From: a virus
Taxonomy: Duplodnaviria; Caudoviricetes
DNA: 64,000 nt
IMG/VR virus record: IMGVR_UViG_3300021387_000688
Direction: 5' to 3' (one strand)
Made by a program: the position numbers and the translations under genes
Notes under the pieces: generated by a model
The model's input: only the letters and a program-made list of their open reading frames with translations
What the model was told of the DNA's origin: nothing
The model's database searches: none
Shown: in pieces, positions 29,068-38,456 of the stretch
How positions within the stretch are numbered: position 1 is the stretch's first letter
Layout of the letters: the number at the start of each line of letters is the position of its first letter

Positions 29068-30909
29068 ATGAGAAAACTTAAAGAAGATAAAGAAGTTCCA
29101 GGAATGAAATGGTTTAGAGGTGGCCCAGTATTCAAGCCATATTTCCTCTCTGGAGTAGGAGTTGATGCAGCAGCTGTAGACAGTTATATAGACAAATTGG
29201 TTAAGGAACACAATAATCGTTTTGAAATAAAAGACCCTCGTATTACAGAAGAATTGTATTTTGAAGTAAAAGATTGGGATACAGGAGATGGAGACAATGT
29301 TTATGTAGACATTCTATTCAATCGTGAATTCGATAGAGAAATGAATGCAGAGAAATGGGGTAAAAAATCTTATGGGGCTACCAATGAGCATGGTTATGTA
29401 GAAGATTTACTAAACAATGGCTATTTAGAAAAACTTGGAATAACAGATGCTAAAATTACAGGAGTAGGATGGGACTCATCAAAACATGTACCAAGATGGA
29501 GTATTGAATTGTTCACATTCTCTGACAGAAATATAGACGGTACATTCAAACGTCCAAATACATCTGATTCATGGACTAGCTCTCATAATGTAAATGGTAC
29601 AGAACCTTTTAATAAAGAAGAAGGAAAAGAAATCAGTAAAGCAGTTACGGATTACATCATAGAGTTATTAAGAGCAAACCCTGCAAGAGTTTATTATAAG
29701 CCTTCTAAAGGAGTAACAGAAGTAAACATAGCTGATTACAGAACTCGTAGCTATGATCCTTCTTGGAAAGGAAGTTATACCCATAATACCGGTTGGTTTG
29801 GATTCACTTGTTACATTGAAGATGCTTATGATGAAAATGCAATCGATTGGAGAGGTAGACAAGGAGATACTTTTAGGGCAGACGAAGATGTTATTACATC
29901 CTTGCTACGAGATAAAGCAGCAGAAACTTTAAACGATTTCCTTTATGAGTTTAATCTAGAAGTTGTACCAGATGGTTGCAAAGCTGAATGGTATCACGGT
30001 AGTGAAGAGGATGATGAGAACGGACATTTGTTTGACGTTTCTATTAAGTTTAAAGAAATAGGTATTGATCCTGACAAATCTTATTTTGCACATCAAGGCA
30101 ATTCTTTCAAAGATTATTGGCCTGGTTCTGAACCAAAAGATCTTTACAAAGGTAAAACTTTCAAAAGGAATCCAAAAAGAATAAAAGAAGGTTTATTCGA
30201 TAATGTAGAATTTGGAGCAGAATTATCTACACCTCCTATGGAAAAATATAAAGACGTTGTATCTATGAGCATAGATGAAGGCATTTTGAATAGAGAAACT
30301 CCAAAGGAAACTATTGAAAATACTATTTACGAAGTATTGCGTATGTTCCCAGAAGATAATATAAATAACGAAATCCTCAGAGATTATGTATGCAAAAAAG
30401 TATATGAAAGAAATCCTTACGAAGAAGAAGCAGATGAATATTTAAAGGAATCTAAAAGTCTAAAAGAAGATGTAATTTTACATTTCGACCTAGAAGATGG
30501 TACTCACAAAGCCCTTCCATTTAAGTCTAAAGAAGAAGCTTTAGAATATTTGGATAGTGATGATTTTCCAGTTGGCGAATGGGTTGGAAGTTATGATATT
30601 GAAACTGTTAAAGAAACTAAACCTGTTAACGGAGATGATTACGACTACCAAGTTCTCCAACCAGAAGATGTTGAAAAGTTGAATGATCTTGTAAAAGAAA
30701 TAAAAGATGGTAATGAAGATGGTTGGGTTGACTGGATTGATCTTGCAATAGAAATTGGTAGAAAATATCTAGGAAAGAGTCTTTCAAGATATGGCGAAGG
30801 AGAGTATACACCATTCGAAGATTTAATAAACGAGTGTGAAACATTTGTATATTATAAAACACCTGGCATTGACAGAATGTTAAAGAAGAGACTTGACTTG
30901 CAAAACTAA
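29068..30909 (+). CDS. Putative virion polyprotein (about 4 modules)
   Basis: MRKLKE, KRIKEG, YLKESKSLKE, VKET. Confidence 0.65.
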   Translation: MRKLKEDKEVPGMKWFRGGPVFKPYFLSGVGVDAAAVDSYIDKLVKEHNNRFEIKDPRITEELYFEVKDWDTGDGDNVYVDILFNREFDREMNAEKWGKKSYGATNEHGYVEDLLNNGYLEKLGITDAKITGVGWDSSKHVPRWSIELFTFSDRNIDGTFKRPNTSDSWTSSHNVNGTEPFNKEEGKEISKAVTDYIIELLRANPARVYYKPSKGVTEVNIADYRTRSYDPSWKGSYTHNTGWFGFTCYIEDAYDENAIDWRGRQGDTFRADEDVITSLLRDKAAETLNDFLYEFNLEVVPDGCKAEWYHGSEEDDENGHLFDVSIKFKEIGIDPDKSYFAHQGNSFKDYWPGSEPKDLYKGKTFKRNPKRIKEGLFDNVEFGAELSTPPMEKYKDVVSMSIDEGILNRETPKETIENTIYEVLRMFPEDNINNEILRDYVCKKVYERNPYEEEADEYLKESKSLKEDVILHFDLEDGTHKALPFKSKEEALEYLDSDDFPVGEWVGSYDIETVKETKPVNGDDYDYQVLQPEDVEKLNDLVKEIKDGNEDGWVDWIDLAIEIGRKYLGKSLSRYGEGEYTPFEDLINECETFVYYKTPGIDRMLKKRLDLQN

Positions 30910-30925
30910 GAAGGTTTTGTAGAGA

Positions 30926-30933
30926 ACTAAATT
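30926..30933 (+). promoter_or_regulatory. Late-type promoter
   Basis: ACTAAATT in the intergenic gap. Confidence 0.5.
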
Positions 30934-30951
30934 ATTAAAGAGGATTAAAAC

Positions 30952-31956
30952 ATGGGTGCATGGTGGATTCGAAATGGTCATATAGTTGATATGGGAGAGG
31001 ACGATACCCACGGTCAATTGTTCTTAGAGGACCCTGATTTCTTTGGGTTCTCTAATGGTATTATCAATGACATTTGCAATCGGTACGAAATTAATGATTT
31101 ATGGGATTTGAAATACGATGATGACTTTGATAACGAATCCCACCCTGCATGGGACGAAATGATGGGTATAGCTTTAGCCAAAGGAGCTATACGTGTTAGA
31201 AATTTCAAAAACGAAACTTGGGTAACTTACGACATTCATTGTAGAAAAGATTTAATAAACGCAATGTTAGATTATCCTGAAGTATTTACTGGTATAATAC
31301 ATATAGGTGCTATTAACGGTTACGAAGGTATAGTACATGGGGGATATGGAGGGGATGAACGCTACAATTCTGTAGAAGAAGCCCTTCAATCACTAACTGA
31401 AAATAAGATTATGAAAAACAAAAGAATAAAAGAATCAGAAGAAAACTTTGATTCTAAAGACCCAGATTTATTTGATAATATCCAAGATGCCATTTATTCT
31501 ATCTTAACTGATTACGATAATGAAGTTTGGGAGAAAGCTGGTATTAAAAGATATTTTGAAGAACCTACAACTCATGGTGTTTTAGTTAGAGACCAATACG
31601 GTTCAAAAGTATTCCCAATTCATTATGGATTAAATGGCCCAGGTAAAGATGAAGATTATTTTGAAGCTATGGCCAAATTCATTGTAGATTTGGAAGACAT
31701 TCTTAAACCAACTTACCCAGAAGTAAATGTATACTGTGTTAATGTTTTAGTAGACTGCGCAGATGATGTAGGTACAGTAGTATTTGGAATAAGTGTTGGA
31801 GAAGACATAGACCCTAAAGAATCTATGAAGTGGAAAGAATCTGAAGGCGGAGTTGGTAAACCTCAAGATTCTGATGAAGAGAAAACTTCTAAATGGAATA
31901 AAGGTATTTATAAAATAGATCATTACAATGAACAAATTGATGAATGGGAGAAATAA
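30952..31956 (+). CDS. Putative virion polyprotein (2 modules)
   Basis: LTENKIMKNKRIKES linker; first module WWI..G..H...GAIRVR. Confidence 0.65.
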   Translation: MGAWWIRNGHIVDMGEDDTHGQLFLEDPDFFGFSNGIINDICNRYEINDLWDLKYDDDFDNESHPAWDEMMGIALAKGAIRVRNFKNETWVTYDIHCRKDLINAMLDYPEVFTGIIHIGAINGYEGIVHGGYGGDERYNSVEEALQSLTENKIMKNKRIKESEENFDSKDPDLFDNIQDAIYSILTDYDNEVWEKAGIKRYFEEPTTHGVLVRDQYGSKVFPIHYGLNGPGKDEDYFEAMAKFIVDLEDILKPTYPEVNVYCVNVLVDCADDVGTVVFGISVGEDIDPKESMKWKESEGGVGKPQDSDEEKTSKWNKGIYKIDHYNEQIDEWEK

Positions 31957-31958
31957 TT

Positions 31959-32441
31959 ATGGACAATGAAAGAATTAAAAAACATTATATCAACTCATTA
32001 TCTAAATTCTTGCCAGAAGATATTAAAAACAATTTCGATATTGACTGGGATGGTTATAATGTAAATATCGATGACAATGCAGAATGTGATTATGGTACGG
32101 TAACTGGTAAAGACGGAATAGAAGGGGCTTACTTTGAGTTTACTAACAAATCTAATCCAGAAGAGAAATACTCTGTAACTTATGGGATTGTTGGTAACTT
32201 CAGTACTTGGCAAACAGAAGATAGACCTTATGATAGAAACGGGGACCCAGGTGACCCAGGAGATATGGGTGATTATGAATTTACAGATTTCGATGACGAA
32301 GCCACTCAGGAACCTATTTTGTTAAATGCAAATGAAGATGAAATTAATCCTACTACAGATGTAGAAAAAGCCATCTTTGATGCAGTAGTAGAATACTATA
32401 GCGACCTTGAAAGTAGCATGGAAAATGGTTATTGGTTTTAA
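31959..32441 (+). CDS. Acidic hypothetical protein
   Basis: Start moved to MDNERI after GGGAG. Confidence 0.75.
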   Translation: MDNERIKKHYINSLSKFLPEDIKNNFDIDWDGYNVNIDDNAECDYGTVTGKDGIEGAYFEFTNKSNPEEKYSVTYGIVGNFSTWQTEDRPYDRNGDPGDPGDMGDYEFTDFDDEATQEPILLNANEDEINPTTDVEKAIFDAVVEYYSDLESSMENGYWF

Positions 32442-32444
32442 TTG

Positions 32445-32452
32445 ACTAAATA
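32445..32452 (+). promoter_or_regulatory. Late-type promoter
   Basis: ACTAAATA. Confidence 0.6.
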
Positions 32453-32471
32453 AAAATTATAGGAGAACTAA

Positions 32472-34034
32472 ATGAGAGTCTTAAAAGAAAATAGAGTAGT
32501 AGATGCAGTAGTAGACTACGTATATGGTTTAACAAAAGACGATTTAATTTCTTTTGAAGAAGCTGATAACTTTATAAATCTGCTTGCTCAAGGTGAAGTA
32601 GATGATGCAGATGAATATATAGTTTTTGATTGTGCAAACGGAAGCCCTCTTGGCAATGAAGACTTGGCGGTAAGGACTATCAAATCTTATCTTAAAGAAT
32701 CAAAAAAACCTTCTAAGAAAAGAATAAAGGAATCTTTTGATAACCCTATAGATGAAATCATTATGCCTTATACTAATTGGTCATCTATACCACTCCGCTC
32801 AGATGCAGATGCTATGATTGAAAATGCTAAAGAAGCTGCAGAAGAATTAAAGGCAAATGGATTTACTGCAGAAGAGGTAAAGGCGCATTTTGACGAAGAT
32901 GGATATTATGATGCAGTAAATGGTGTAGCTGAAGGCAATGGTACATGGGATCGTGCATTTGCAAATTGCATTCTTGCTAATCTTAAAGAATCTAAAAAGA
33001 ACTCTAAGAAGAGAATGAAAGAAAATGCAAACCTTGATGATGTTTATTATGTAGTCCTCTCTTGCCCTATTCAGTGTGACGAATACGGAAATCCTGAAGA
33101 TTGGGGTGCCGTAGAATTATTTGATACCAACTATGCTAAGTTTGAAGCTAAGGCAAGAGAACTTGGAATGAATGAGGTTTGCTGGGATGATGGGGATGCA
33201 GAATCAGGACCTATTATTAAAGGATCTGGTATATTCTACGGACCAGTAGAAAAAATTAGAGATTTAGTAGATGAAGGTTTTGACATTGAAGTATATGAAA
33301 ATTGCCGGGATGAACAACCTTATGAATTAACTGGCCGCATCTATGATGTTAACTCTTTAGTTTACGATGCAAACGGACTTTTAGGTGAGGAAGAGGTAGA
33401 TGCTTTAGATGAAGACGATGTTACGCTTCGTTCAATTCCTTCTTACAAATCTTTAAGAGAATCTGAATTAGATGATTTAGTAAATAAACCATTCAGTGAA
33501 TTAGTTGAGGATTTCTTAAATAAATTGGTAGCTGACGGATTGTTGGAAGAAGATGTAAAAGAAATCTTCATTACAGATTTCAAGAGCTCTAATGAACCAG
33601 AAGATATCGACATTGATTTACTTTATGATGGAGTAGGTGCAGATCCTCACGATCCTGCCAATCAAGAAATGTTTGCAGAAATTGCAAAAATGATTGAAGA
33701 CGCTTATCAGTTTAAGGATGAATGGAATGGCATCGATGCTTCAGACATGATTGATGAAGATGATCCTTTATACGGCTATGGCGAAGAAGATTTATTAGAA
33801 TCTAAGAAGCCAACTAAAAAGGCTATCAAAGAAGACGCTATAGCTAAAGACAGGGTAGGTATAGAAATTAAATCCTCAACAAAGGGTTGGGTATGGGCTA
33901 GTAAAGATGGACTCAAACCAGGTGCACCTTTAGAGTATAAAAACGAAAAAGCTGCAAAGAGTTCTAAAGAATGGAAAACATTCTTAGATAAGTACGGTGA
34001 AGAAAACTTAAGAGTAAGTAAAGCATATAACTAA
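32472..34034 (+). CDS. Putative virion polyprotein (5 modules)
   Basis: MRVLKE, LKESKKPSKKRIKES, LKESKKNSKKRMKE, LRES, LLESKKPTKKAIKE. Confidence 0.7.
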   Translation: MRVLKENRVVDAVVDYVYGLTKDDLISFEEADNFINLLAQGEVDDADEYIVFDCANGSPLGNEDLAVRTIKSYLKESKKPSKKRIKESFDNPIDEIIMPYTNWSSIPLRSDADAMIENAKEAAEELKANGFTAEEVKAHFDEDGYYDAVNGVAEGNGTWDRAFANCILANLKESKKNSKKRMKENANLDDVYYVVLSCPIQCDEYGNPEDWGAVELFDTNYAKFEAKARELGMNEVCWDDGDAESGPIIKGSGIFYGPVEKIRDLVDEGFDIEVYENCRDEQPYELTGRIYDVNSLVYDANGLLGEEEVDALDEDDVTLRSIPSYKSLRESELDDLVNKPFSELVEDFLNKLVADGLLEEDVKEIFITDFKSSNEPEDIDIDLLYDGVGADPHDPANQEMFAEIAKMIEDAYQFKDEWNGIDASDMIDEDDPLYGYGEEDLLESKKPTKKAIKEDAIAKDRVGIEIKSSTKGWVWASKDGLKPGAPLEYKNEKAAKSSKEWKTFLDKYGEENLRVSKAYN

Positions 34035-34037
34035 AAG

Positions 34038-34067
34038 AAAAGGAGGTCGCTAAGACCTCCTTTTTTT
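34038..34067. terminator. Bidirectional terminator
   Basis: AAAAGGAGGTC-GCTAA-GACCTCCTTTTTTT. Confidence 0.9.
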
Positions 34068-34068
34068 A

Positions 34069-34605
34069 TTACAAATCAAAATAATGATTTAATTTAGATG
34101 TGCCATAGTTTTCATCATATGGGCTAAAATATTTCCAGTCCATATCTTTTATATCTTCTTTTTTCAAGCTTTCAATTTCAACAACTTTCATAATTGTATT
34201 AGAATCTGTAACATAAACGTATTTGCAGATTCTATTCTTTTCAGGAAAGTTATTCATTCCGTCACCTGGAAGATATCTCTCCCATTCTAAATATCCAGGC
34301 TTGTTTATAGAAGGAAAACGTAATTTCTTTGCAAACTTGATTCTATCTTTTTCAAAACAAAATCTGTTCTGGCGGAGAATGAAAGCTTCAAAAGTCTCCA
34401 TTGACTGCTTCTTTACATAACCTTTAAACAAATATTGCTGTTTAGGATTTACTTTATCATGGGTGTAATGATAAACCATACCGTCTTTGATCCACATATA
34501 ATGGTTAATACCCATGTTCCATTTTTTCGGAAGATGTATAATGTGCACGTTTTTCGGATCTTTAATTTTTGCTTTTAAAGCCTCGATCAAACAATTACTG
34601 TACAT
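34069..34605 (-). CDS. Hypothetical protein
   Basis: 178 aa, own promoter. Confidence 0.8.
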   Translation of the reverse strand: MYSNCLIEALKAKIKDPKNVHIIHLPKKWNMGINHYMWIKDGMVYHYTHDKVNPKQQYLFKGYVKKQSMETFEAFILRQNRFCFEKDRIKFAKKLRFPSINKPGYLEWERYLPGDGMNNFPEKNRICKYVYVTDSNTIMKVVEIESLKKEDIKDMDWKYFSPYDENYGTSKLNHYFDL

Positions 34606-34627
34606 TATGTGCCCCCTGTACGATAAT

Positions 34628-34662
34628 AATATAGAAAACCCCAGGGAATGGGGTTTCTAAAA
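34628..34662 (-). promoter_or_regulatory. Early-type promoter
   Basis: TTTTAGAAA-N20-TATATT. Confidence 0.8.
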
Positions 34663-34672
34663 TGTGAGAAAA

Positions 34673-34987
34673 TTATGCTACTTTTTTAGCGTCAAAAACG
34701 TTAATATACTTTTCTCCAGGATTGTAAACTTTATTTAGATAAGTTTTTTGTAAACCTTTCTTTCCAGAACCCTCAATGTAAAGGCCTGCAGTATCTTTAG
34801 ATACTTTCAACATTGGGCCATAATGATCTGAAGGGTTTGGTTGGATTTCAAATTCTTTGTCTGAAAGTTTTTTGTAAGGGCGAATTCCCATAGCTTGTAC
34901 ATATTGAAGTCTTTTTGTTTCTTCAACTACATCATAGAAACGATAATAAACTCCGGCCTTGGTTTTAATTTCTGCTACGTAAATCAT
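34673..34987 (-). CDS. Hypothetical protein
   Basis: GAGGTGG RBS. Confidence 0.8.
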   Translation of the reverse strand: MIYVAEIKTKAGVYYRFYDVVEETKRLQYVQAMGIRPYKKLSDKEFEIQPNPSDHYGPMLKVSKDTAGLYIEGSGKKGLQKTYLNKVYNPGEKYINVFDAKKVA

Positions 34988-35009
34988 TTACCACCTCTTC
35001 TAATCGTCC

Positions 35010-35081
35010 TTAAACTACATAAGATTGTGCAATTGCAGCAATCGCTCCAATAGCCATGAGTACAATAATAGCTATTACCAT
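35010..35081 (-). CDS. 23-aa hydrophobic peptide (not in ORF track)
   Basis: MVIAIIVLMAIGAIAAIAQSYVV; AGGAGG RBS and own promoter. Confidence 0.7.
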   Translation of the reverse strand: MVIAIIVLMAIGAIAAIAQSYVV

Positions 35082-35104
35082 ATGGGCCTCCTATTAACGA
35101 TAAT

Positions 35105-35139
35105 AATATCGCTTCTTTTGGAATCCGAATTTACTAAAA
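35105..35139 (-). promoter_or_regulatory. Early-type promoter
   Basis: TTTTAGTAA-N20-GATATT. Confidence 0.7.
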
Positions 35140-35141
35140 AG

Positions 35142-35149
35142 ACTAAATA
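35142..35149 (+). promoter_or_regulatory. Late-type promoter
   Basis: ACTAAATA-ATTT-ATG. Confidence 0.65.
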
Positions 35150-35153
35150 ATTT

Positions 35154-36845
35154 ATGGTATTAAAAGTATATAGAGTTGGTGATTTAGATAAATACCAAAG
35201 AAAAGCAGATTCAATGTATCAAATGTTTGGAAGAAGTACAGGTTACTTTGGCACTGGTTATTACTTTTGTACAAAGCCAGAATATTGTTGTACAATGACA
35301 AGAGAAAATGATCCTTTGTATAGACTTACATTAAAGGAAGGTATCAAACTTATAAAAGGTACTCAAAAATTACACGACAAATTAAAAGCTTGGAATGCTT
35401 TTATGATTAACTATCCTCGTCTCTTGAGTAAAGATTTAATCGATAAGGAAAAACGGTTTGCACATTATGCAATAGATTATTATACAGAGCGCCAACTTAT
35501 AGGTTCGAAATTAAAAGAGGATTTTGAAGTTTGGGGAGACTGGGCAGACAATTGGAAAGAATATCTTAGCCGAGAATATGGTATAAGAGAAATGATAAAA
35601 CGTGCAAAAGATATACCAGATTTGGAAGAGTTTGCAAATATATTAGAGAGTGACAAACCTGACTTTGATAGGATAGATGAAATCCAAAAAGAAAATGAAG
35701 ATTTATTTGATTACGAATATTTAAGTTCTATGAGAGATTTGGTTTTCGATGTTTTAGAACTTTTACCTATTCAATTGAATACAGATACGGAAACAATAAA
35801 AATGGCGGCTGATCATATTTACGAAACTTATGAAAGTTTTTATGAAAACGGAAGATTGAAACATGATTCGGATTTATCTGAAGACGATTCCTTTCCTACT
35901 CAATTGTTAAAGATTTTAGGATATGAAGGCGTTTGGCCAAGCAATGAATGTGACAATACAACTTATGGGGGAGTAATATTTGATTTAGAAAATTTCACTT
36001 ACGAAAGAATTGCAGACCACGCTAAAGATTATATTAAGAAAGATTTGAAAGAATCTACAGAAACATTAAAACAATTTAAAGTTTTATATCATGGTTCTAA
36101 AAATGGGGAATTAAGAAAAAATGAAAAACATAGCTACAATTGTTTGTATGTGACACCCGTTTTTGCTTATGCTGCAATGTACAGTACAGATTCTGATTCT
36201 ACACATGGTTGTGTTTTTGAAATGAAACCTGTTAGAGACTTAAACATTTTTGATGCAAATGATGAAGGGGCTTTAGAACAATTAAAAGCAAAAGTAGAAG
36301 AATTAAATCCTGAAAATACTTTAGTAAGAAGAATCAAATGGGAAGACTTGAAAACAAAAGATTGGAGTTCTGTTTGTTTCAAGCAAGATGAGGTAAGGGA
36401 TAAATTATTACTCGAATCTGTAAAAGCTTTAGGATATGATGGTTATATAAATACCGAGTGGGATGAAGATTGCGCTGAATGGTATGCTAGAGGGTTAGGC
36501 GGTTGCGGTAAAGTTGTAAATACAACTTCTATTGGAATATTTAATGAAGACCTTTTAGAGATAGTCGATGAGAAATATTTTGAAGATTATTCAGACGATG
36601 AGTTATTTAATGAATGCCATCAAGCCGATGAGGATTTGTTTATAACCTTTTTGCAGGATGAAGGTTTTGATGATTACTATTACGATAGTGAAGAAGAAGC
36701 TAAAAAATGGGCAGCCAATAACTTGCTATTCTTAGACGTAGATGAAGTAAATGATTTGGTTGACGAATATGCAAGTTATTCCGATAGGGAAGATGACTGG
36801 GATGAAGAGGAAGATGAAGAGGAAGATGAAGAGGAAGATGATTAG
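35154..36845 (+). CDS. Tandem ADP-ribosyltransferase-like protein, putative virion polyprotein
   Basis: VYRVG..GYFGTGYYFCT..LGYEGV..GVIFD; DLKES; LYHGS..LYVTP..YAAMY..LNIFD..LGYDGY..IGIFN; acidic tail. Confidence 0.65.
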   Translation: MVLKVYRVGDLDKYQRKADSMYQMFGRSTGYFGTGYYFCTKPEYCCTMTRENDPLYRLTLKEGIKLIKGTQKLHDKLKAWNAFMINYPRLLSKDLIDKEKRFAHYAIDYYTERQLIGSKLKEDFEVWGDWADNWKEYLSREYGIREMIKRAKDIPDLEEFANILESDKPDFDRIDEIQKENEDLFDYEYLSSMRDLVFDVLELLPIQLNTDTETIKMAADHIYETYESFYENGRLKHDSDLSEDDSFPTQLLKILGYEGVWPSNECDNTTYGGVIFDLENFTYERIADHAKDYIKKDLKESTETLKQFKVLYHGSKNGELRKNEKHSYNCLYVTPVFAYAAMYSTDSDSTHGCVFEMKPVRDLNIFDANDEGALEQLKAKVEELNPENTLVRRIKWEDLKTKDWSSVCFKQDEVRDKLLLESVKALGYDGYINTEWDEDCAEWYARGLGGCGKVVNTTSIGIFNEDLLEIVDEKYFEDYSDDELFNECHQADEDLFITFLQDEGFDDYYYDSEEEAKKWAANNLLFLDVDEVNDLVDEYASYSDREDDWDEEEDEEEDEEEDD

Positions 36846-37444
36846 TAATCTCTCTTAGAATATTCTAACTTAAAACGTTTAGGCAATTCATCTAAGCACT
36901 TCTCAAAACAATCTGGACAAACATTGTCTCTAGGTTTCAAATCAAAAGTTTTGCAAAACTTGGCTATATCTTTTGAGTTGTTATTTAAGTGTCTAGTTAC
37001 ACTTTGCACTGGAGTACCATAATCATCTTCATAAATAGAATCGCACCAAATGCAATGCTTAAATCTTTCTTCCTTTAAGCTTTTATCTTTTATTTTATCT
37101 TTGTAAGCCCAACCATATTGTTTTATAAACTTTTTAGGGTCTTTCAAAGATAAGTCTTTTATATCAGCATATATGTTATAGAATTTATTAACAGCAGAAT
37201 CTTTAGAGAGTTTACCATTTTTGAAATCATTATAAATCAATTCAACAATGTCTTTAGAGCCTACTTCTGCAGCCCAATCCCAGAAATCAAAGAAATCTAA
37301 TTTTTCCTTATTTCCTTTATTTAAGTCATCTAAAACTTTTGCAGTGCAGAAATCTATAAAACCATCATCGCTATGGTGACTTAATTTCTTTCCGAGGGGT
37401 TCAATGTCTTTATCTACGTATTTGGATTCATTAAAAGTTCTCAT
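36842..37444 (-). CDS. Putative capsid-packaged protein (2 modules)
   Basis: MRTFNES leader, SLKE, then CIWC...CPDC module; ACTAAATA-ATTC-ATG at 37449-37456. Confidence 0.6.
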   Translation of the reverse strand: MRTFNESKYVDKDIEPLGKKLSHHSDDGFIDFCTAKVLDDLNKGNKEKLDFFDFWDWAAEVGSKDIVELIYNDFKNGKLSKDSAVNKFYNIYADIKDLSLKDPKKFIKQYGWAYKDKIKDKSLKEERFKHCIWCDSIYEDDYGTPVQSVTRHLNNNSKDIAKFCKTFDLKPRDNVCPDCFEKCLDELPKRFKLEYSKRDY

Positions 37445-37459
37445 GAATTATTTAGTGAC

Positions 37460-37478
37460 TACTATATAATATATTATA
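37460..37478. promoter_or_regulatory. 19-bp element with palindromic core, late-type promoter
   Basis: TACTATATAATATATTATA, identical to 25280-25298. Confidence 0.7.
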
Positions 37479-37494
37479 CTTAAAGAGGTTTTCA

Positions 37495-38442
37495 ATGAAA
37501 GAGAGACATATCACAGGTTATGAAGATGATCATGGAGTAAATCCTTTTGCATTCTTTGGGCAATCTGTAAATGAAAAAGATGCCCCTATAAAACTCATAT
37601 ACGATAATTTGGGGCTGGAATATGATTTGGAAGAGGCTATGTGGCCTTACATATTATTTACTCCTCATCGTAGTGCTAGGTTAGGTACTTACTGGGAAGT
37701 AGAACTTGGGGCTCCTGTATTTGAAAACGGGGGTACAACTCCCGTTATGAAATGTAGATATATTAAGCCACTTTCAACAAAGGCTGCTTGCGTAGTATAT
37801 GCAATGGCAGTATGTTGCCATGGAGTTGGTAACGACGCTATTAAAATTAAAAACAGATTCAGATCTGATATGTTCTGTGCACTTAAGATGGTAGCTCATT
37901 GTCAATATCCAGGAGGATTTGGAAAAGAAGGTTGGCACTCAGATTGGGATATCTCTTTTGTAAATATGTGCCCTACTTACTGGAAACGTATGGGATGGTG
38001 TGGTAACTTTACAAATTTGAAAAGATTATTAAATTATTTTGCACCCGTTGGTAGTAAAGTAAACGAACAGAGAATTATAACAAAAGGTAGAGAAACTAAA
38101 TGGACCAATTATGAAATGGATTCTAGTCTTTTTGAAGATTTCCAAAAAGAATTAAAAACTTTGATTCCTAATGCTCGTTGTACCCAAAATGTAGAAATAG
38201 AAGGAGATAAATTTGTCATAGAGGGGGAACATTGTAAAGTAGTTCTTACTTTTGAAGACAAATCTGGTCATCATTTACCAGACGATTCTTATAGATATCA
38301 AATACAGATTTATAACCGTAGACTCACTTTGAGTGAAGCTTGGATCGGTACAACCAAACAAGAATTTGATAGAGATAAGGCAGATGTTATTAAATACTTT
38401 ACAGAAACAAACTGGGAAGAAGCATTAGATAGTTTAGACTAA
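37495..38442 (+). CDS. Hypothetical protein
   Basis: 315 aa, GAGG RBS. Confidence 0.8.
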   Translation: MKERHITGYEDDHGVNPFAFFGQSVNEKDAPIKLIYDNLGLEYDLEEAMWPYILFTPHRSARLGTYWEVELGAPVFENGGTTPVMKCRYIKPLSTKAACVVYAMAVCCHGVGNDAIKIKNRFRSDMFCALKMVAHCQYPGGFGKEGWHSDWDISFVNMCPTYWKRMGWCGNFTNLKRLLNYFAPVGSKVNEQRIITKGRETKWTNYEMDSSLFEDFQKELKTLIPNARCTQNVEIEGDKFVIEGEHCKVVLTFEDKSGHHLPDDSYRYQIQIYNRRLTLSEAWIGTTKQEFDRDKADVIKYFTETNWEEALDSLD

Positions 38443-38456
38443 GAGAGGGTTCAATC

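Noticed and set aside
32238-32272. Collagen-like GDPGDPGDMGD
   Set aside because: Only 3-4 triplets, too short for a triple helix.
25312-34034. LKES linkers as inteins or self-cleaving elements
   Set aside because: Far too short and lacking the Cys/Ser start and His-Asn end; trans cleavage after Glu fits better.
36801-36842. GAAGAGGAAGAT tandem repeat
   Set aside because: Simply encodes the acidic EEED tail.
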